From NCBI GenBank assembly GCA_049840735.1, contig JASGJN010000013.1, positions 640,001-704,000 on the forward strand: 64,000 bases of DNA. Reading direction: 5' to 3'. The notes under the pieces are model-generated. The model was not told the DNA's origin. It saw only the letters and a list, made by a program, of their open reading frames with translations, and searched no databases. Position 1 is the stretch's first letter, and each line of letters opens with the position of its first letter. The position numbers and the translations under genes were made by a program. Shown piece after piece: positions 58,426 to 64,000 of the stretch. The DNA is from Anaeromyxobacter sp. (lineage in GTDB: Bacteria > Myxococcota > Myxococcia > Myxococcales > Anaeromyxobacteraceae).

Positions 58426-61116
58426 TCAGGCGTCCAGGTACCGAGGTGCGCGGGGCTGGCCGTCTCGCCGGCTCTGCCCGTTTCGCTCGAAGCTGACGCC
58501 CTCCTTCAAGACCTTCACTCCCTGCGGCGGCGAGCCGTCCCCGAAGATGGCCGCCAGCACCTCGGCTGGCTTGGCGCTCCCGGACGGATCCGCCTTCAGA
58601 CTGAACGCGACCACCCCCGGACCCTCGACCGCGAGGTGGGTCACGATGTCCTTCAAGTCTATCTCCCTTTGCTTGCGCGTCGCGACCTTCTGGTTGCGTC
58701 CCCGGCCCCTGTTCTTGGGGGGCGCCACCCGCGTCACCACGGCCTCGCCGGCCTCCTGGAAGGCCTCGACGCACCCCGTCAGATCGCCCTCGGCCCAGCT
58801 ATCCACTGGAAATTCCGCGCGATAATGAACGGCGCGCTGGGCCTCGCTGATGGACGCGGCCTTCGGGTCGAGGCCCTCGGCCTCCAGGACCTCCAGTCCG
58901 GGCGGCAGCTCCTGGGCAAGACGACGCATCACGTCAGCCGGGTCGGACGGCCCGATCAGCTCGAGATCCATGTGCTCGCACAGGCTCTCGATGCCCACGG
59001 GCAGCGCCGGCCCGAAGGAGACCCGGGGCTTGGGGTGGTAGCCCTGCGAGTAGGCGACCGGGAGGCCGGCGCGCCGGATGACCCGCAGCAGCGTGTGCAT
59101 GGTCTCGAGGTGCGAGAGCGCCACCAGCCGGCCGCGCTTGGCGTAGCGGACGCGGACGTGGGTGTGGAACGGCGGATCGGGTGGGCGCGGCGCCGGGGCC
59201 GGCTCCGGGACGTAGTCCTTCGCCTCGTAGGTCCGGTTCTTCACCACGTCGTAGTCGCAGGCGCCGCAGACGGTGCAGGGCTCGAGCACGCAGTCCGGCA
59301 CCTCGGCCAGGTTGCGCGCCGCCGCCAGCTGCTTCTGGAGGTAGGCCTTGGTGACGCCGCAGTCGATCCGGTCCCAGGGCAGGACCTCGTCCAGCCGGCG
59401 CCGGCGGTGGGCGTACCAGTCCAGCCCCACGCCGTGGACCTGCTCGCACTCCTCGAAGGCCAAGAGCCAGTTGCCCTCGTCGAACCACTCGCTCCAGCCG
59501 TCGAGCCGCTGCCCGCGCCGGTAGGCCGCCAGCACCGCGGTGCCGACGCGCCGGTCGCCCAGCGCCAGCGCGCCCTCGATCGACGACTGCCGCGAGTCGT
59601 GCGGCTTGAACTGGATGGCGCCGTTGCGGCCGCCCAGCGCGGCGGTGATGAGCCCCTGCCGGCGGCGGGTCTCGGCCGGCGCGATCATGGGCTCCCACTG
59701 GAAGGGCGTGAACGGCTTGGGCACGAAGGTGGAGGCGCCCAGGTGGATGGCGGCGGAGCCCTGCCCCTTGGGCAGCGTGCGGCGCGCCGTGGAGAGGCAG
59801 CGCTGGGCCAGCTCGGCGATGGCCACCACGTCCTCGTCCCGCTCCTCCGGCAGGCCGATCATGAAGTAGAGCTTGAGCAGCGACCAGCCGTTCTGGAACA
59901 CCGACTCCACCGCGCGGAGCAGGTCCGCCTCGCGGTTGCCCTTGTTGATCACCGCGCGCATGCGCTCGGTGGCCGCCTCCGGCGCCAGCGTGAACCCGGT
60001 CTTGCGGATTCGCGCGATCTTCTGCGCCAGCGCGTCGTTCATGGTCTCGGTGCGGAGCGAGGGCAGGCTCATGCCGATCTTCTCGCCCTCCCACCGCGCC
60101 AGGAAGTCGTCCAGGAGCCCGTTGAGCGGGGCGTAGTCGCCGGAGGAGAGCGAGAGCAGCCCCACCTCCTCGTAGCCGGAGGCCTTGAGCCCCACCTCCG
60201 CCAGCCGCAGGACCTCCTTCGGATCCCGCTGGCGCGTGGGGCGGGTGATCATGCCCACCTGGCAGAAGCGGCAGCCGCGCGTGCAGCCGCGCTGGATCTC
60301 GATGGGCAGCCGGTCGTGGATGGTCTGCATGAACGGCACCAGCGGCCGCGTGTAGGCGGTCGTCGGCAGCGCGTTCAGGTCGGGCATCACCCGCCGCTCC
60401 ACCTTCTCGTAGCCGGGGCGGAGCGGCTCCATGGCCGTCAGCACCCGCGAGACCGGGTCGTAGCGGGGGGCGAAGAAGGACGGGACGTAGACGCCGGGGA
60501 TGCGCGCCAGCCGCGTGAGCAGCTCGCGCCGCGTGGCGCCGCCGCGCCGGAAGCCGCTCTCGGCCACCGCCCGGGCGATCTCCAGCGCCACCTCCTCGCC
60601 CTCCCCCACCGCGAAGGCGTCGAAGAAGTCGGCCGCCGGCTCGGGGTTGAAGGCGCAGGGGCCGCCGCCCAGCACCAGCGGATCCTGGTCGCCGCGATCC
60701 GCCGCCAGGAGCGGGATGCCGGCCAGGTCGAGCATGGCCAGCGCGCTGGTGTAGGCCAGCTCGAACTGCAGCGTCATGCCCAGGACGTCGAAGTCCTTCA
60801 CCGGCACCCGCGACTCGAGCGTGAAGAGCGGCAGGCCGCGGCTCTTGAGCATCCCCTCCATGTCCGGCCAGGGCAGGAACACCCGCTCGCAGGCCACGTC
60901 CGGCTGGTCGTTGAGCAGGTGGTAGAGGAGGCGGAAGCCCAGGTTGGACATCCCCACCTCGTAGGTGTCCGGGAACGCCAGCGCGAAGCGCGTGCGGACG
61001 GCGCCGAGGTCCTTCACCACCGCGCCGAACTCGGCGCCGACGTAACGGGAGGGCTTCTGCGCGGCGAGCACGAGCTCGTCGAGCGCGGAGGAGTTGAGCG
61101 CGAGGGGAGTCGTCAT
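58426..61116 (-). CDS. B12-binding radical SAM protein fused to a DUF2344 radical-SAM-linked domain
   Basis: KPSRYVGAE, FPDTYEVGMSNLG, RGCTRGCRFC; C-terminal LSHLE..YSQGYHPKPRVSFGPALPVG; usual neighbour of rne/rng. Confidence 0.9.
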   Translation of the reverse strand: MTTPLALNSSALDELVLAAQKPSRYVGAEFGAVVKDLGAVRTRFALAFPDTYEVGMSNLGFRLLYHLLNDQPDVACERVFLPWPDMEGMLKSRGLPLFTLESRVPVKDFDVLGMTLQFELAYTSALAMLDLAGIPLLAADRGDQDPLVLGGGPCAFNPEPAADFFDAFAVGEGEEVALEIARAVAESGFRRGGATRRELLTRLARIPGVYVPSFFAPRYDPVSRVLTAMEPLRPGYEKVERRVMPDLNALPTTAYTRPLVPFMQTIHDRLPIEIQRGCTRGCRFCQVGMITRPTRQRDPKEVLRLAEVGLKASGYEEVGLLSLSSGDYAPLNGLLDDFLARWEGEKIGMSLPSLRTETMNDALAQKIARIRKTGFTLAPEAATERMRAVINKGNREADLLRAVESVFQNGWSLLKLYFMIGLPEERDEDVVAIAELAQRCLSTARRTLPKGQGSAAIHLGASTFVPKPFTPFQWEPMIAPAETRRRQGLITAALGGRNGAIQFKPHDSRQSSIEGALALGDRRVGTAVLAAYRRGQRLDGWSEWFDEGNWLLAFEECEQVHGVGLDWYAHRRRRLDEVLPWDRIDCGVTKAYLQKQLAAARNLAEVPDCVLEPCTVCGACDYDVVKNRTYEAKDYVPEPAPAPRPPDPPFHTHVRVRYAKRGRLVALSHLETMHTLLRVIRRAGLPVAYSQGYHPKPRVSFGPALPVGIESLCEHMDLELIGPSDPADVMRRLAQELPPGLEVLEAEGLDPKAASISEAQRAVHYRAEFPVDSWAEGDLTGCVEAFQEAGEAVVTRVAPPKNRGRGRNQKVATRKQREIDLKDIVTHLAVEGPGVVAFSLKADPSGSAKPAEVLAAIFGDGSPPQGVKVLKEGVSFERNGQSRRDGQPRAPRYLDA

Positions 61117-61272
61117 CGGGTCGCCGGGCCGCGGGTTCGAGCCGCGTGTTGCCCGCCGTGGGAGGGAGCGGGGCGCGCCTCGGGCGGGCTCCGCGGGTGC
61201 TTCTAGGGAAGCGCGAGATACCACACCGCGCACGTCCGCCACAACCGCGCCCCGGAGCGGGGCGGGCGGCGC

Positions 61273-61554
61273 TCACCGCCGGGTGGTGAAGGGGCCCAGG
61301 GCCCCGGCCGGCGCGCCCCAGCGCACCTCCACGTCGTCCACCCGCGCCCCCGGCGGCCCGCGTTGCAGGAAGCGGAGCAGCGCCTCGACCGCCGGGCGCT
61401 CCCCCTCCGCCTCGGCCTCCACCCGCCCGTCGGGGAGGTTCCGCACCCAGCCGTCGAGCCCCAGCCGCCGGGCCTCGTCCACCGTGCTCCAGCGGAACCC
61501 GACGCCCTGCACGCGGCCGCTGACGATCACCTCGACCCGCACGCGCTCGCCCAT
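61273..61554 (-). CDS. acyP: Acylphosphatase
   Basis: VSGRVQGVGFR, GWVRNLPDGRVE, GPPGARV. Confidence 0.95.
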   Translation of the reverse strand: MGERVRVEVIVSGRVQGVGFRWSTVDEARRLGLDGWVRNLPDGRVEAEAEGERPAVEALLRFLQRGPPGARVDDVEVRWGAPAGALGPFTTRR

Positions 61555-61558
61555 GCGC

Positions 61559-63676
<2,118 letters not shown>

Positions 63677-63708
63677 TCAGGCGCCGCCTGACGCGGGGGG
63701 CAGCCCCG

Positions 63709-64000
63709 TCAGAACGTGGTCAGGTCCTCCTCGCCGCGGGCGGGGGTCTCCCCGACGAGCGAGAAGGTGTAGCCCACGCCGGCGTACGCCATGTGCTTGC
63801 CCGAGGTGACGTTGTCGCCGTCGAGGTCGCCGACGCTGAACACGTCCAGCGTCAGGTTGGCGCCGTTGCCGCCCGGGTCTTGGGCGATGAAGTTGTACGA
63901 GTAGTACGAGCCGCCCATCACCACCATGGGCAGGCGGTTCCAGCCCGCCAGCGTCCAGTTGAACGCGCGCATCGTGGTGCCGACGGGAGCTGGGGGGTTC
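63709..64000 (-). CDS. 3' part of a gene truncated by the window edge, possibly a type IV pilin-like protein
   Basis: YYSYNF..SVGDLDGDNVTS resembles C-termini of deltaproteobacterial pilin-like proteins; the diagnostic N-terminus is outside the window. Confidence 0.4.
   Translation of the reverse strand, partial: NPPAPVGTTMRAFNWTLAGWNRLPMVVMGGSYYSYNFIAQDPGGNGANLTLDVFSVGDLDGDNVTSGKHMAYAGVGYTFSLVGETPARGEEDLTTF

Overview
Very GC-rich bacterial chromosomal segment. Gene content and order suggest an Anaeromyxobacter-like member of Myxococcota (inference). The housekeeping backbone is priA, def, rnhA-like and zinc-ribbon genes, tRNA-Ile2(CAT), rpsU-yqeY-dnaG-rpoD, hisDBHAFIE, an IHF/HU subunit, yihY, rne/rng, a radical SAM fusion, acylphosphatase and ligA. 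Regulators and transporters are interspersed (paired LuxR, paired AraC, VIT1, SulP, PPK2). The main feature is at 37.6-53.4 kb: a reduced type III secretion-like cluster in two operons (needle-like/rod-like/sctJ/sctK-like, then sctQ-fliO-like-sctRSTUV; no secretin, SctD or ATPase in the window). A complete type VI spike module (vgrG, small membrane gene, DUF2169-pentapeptide, pentapeptide, DUF3540, DUF4150 PAAR-like) sits between the operons on the same strand, without tube, sheath or baseplate genes. Both T3SS operons share the same upstream architecture: two GGTCCGC-N3-GCGGACC palindromes 21 bp apart, a sigma54-type -24/-12 box 90 bp after the first, and a start codon 28 bp after that. All eight apparent frameshifts I found fall at or next to GATC. 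They are most likely methylation-linked long-read errors rather than pseudogenes. Family assignments come from motif recognition, not database searches.
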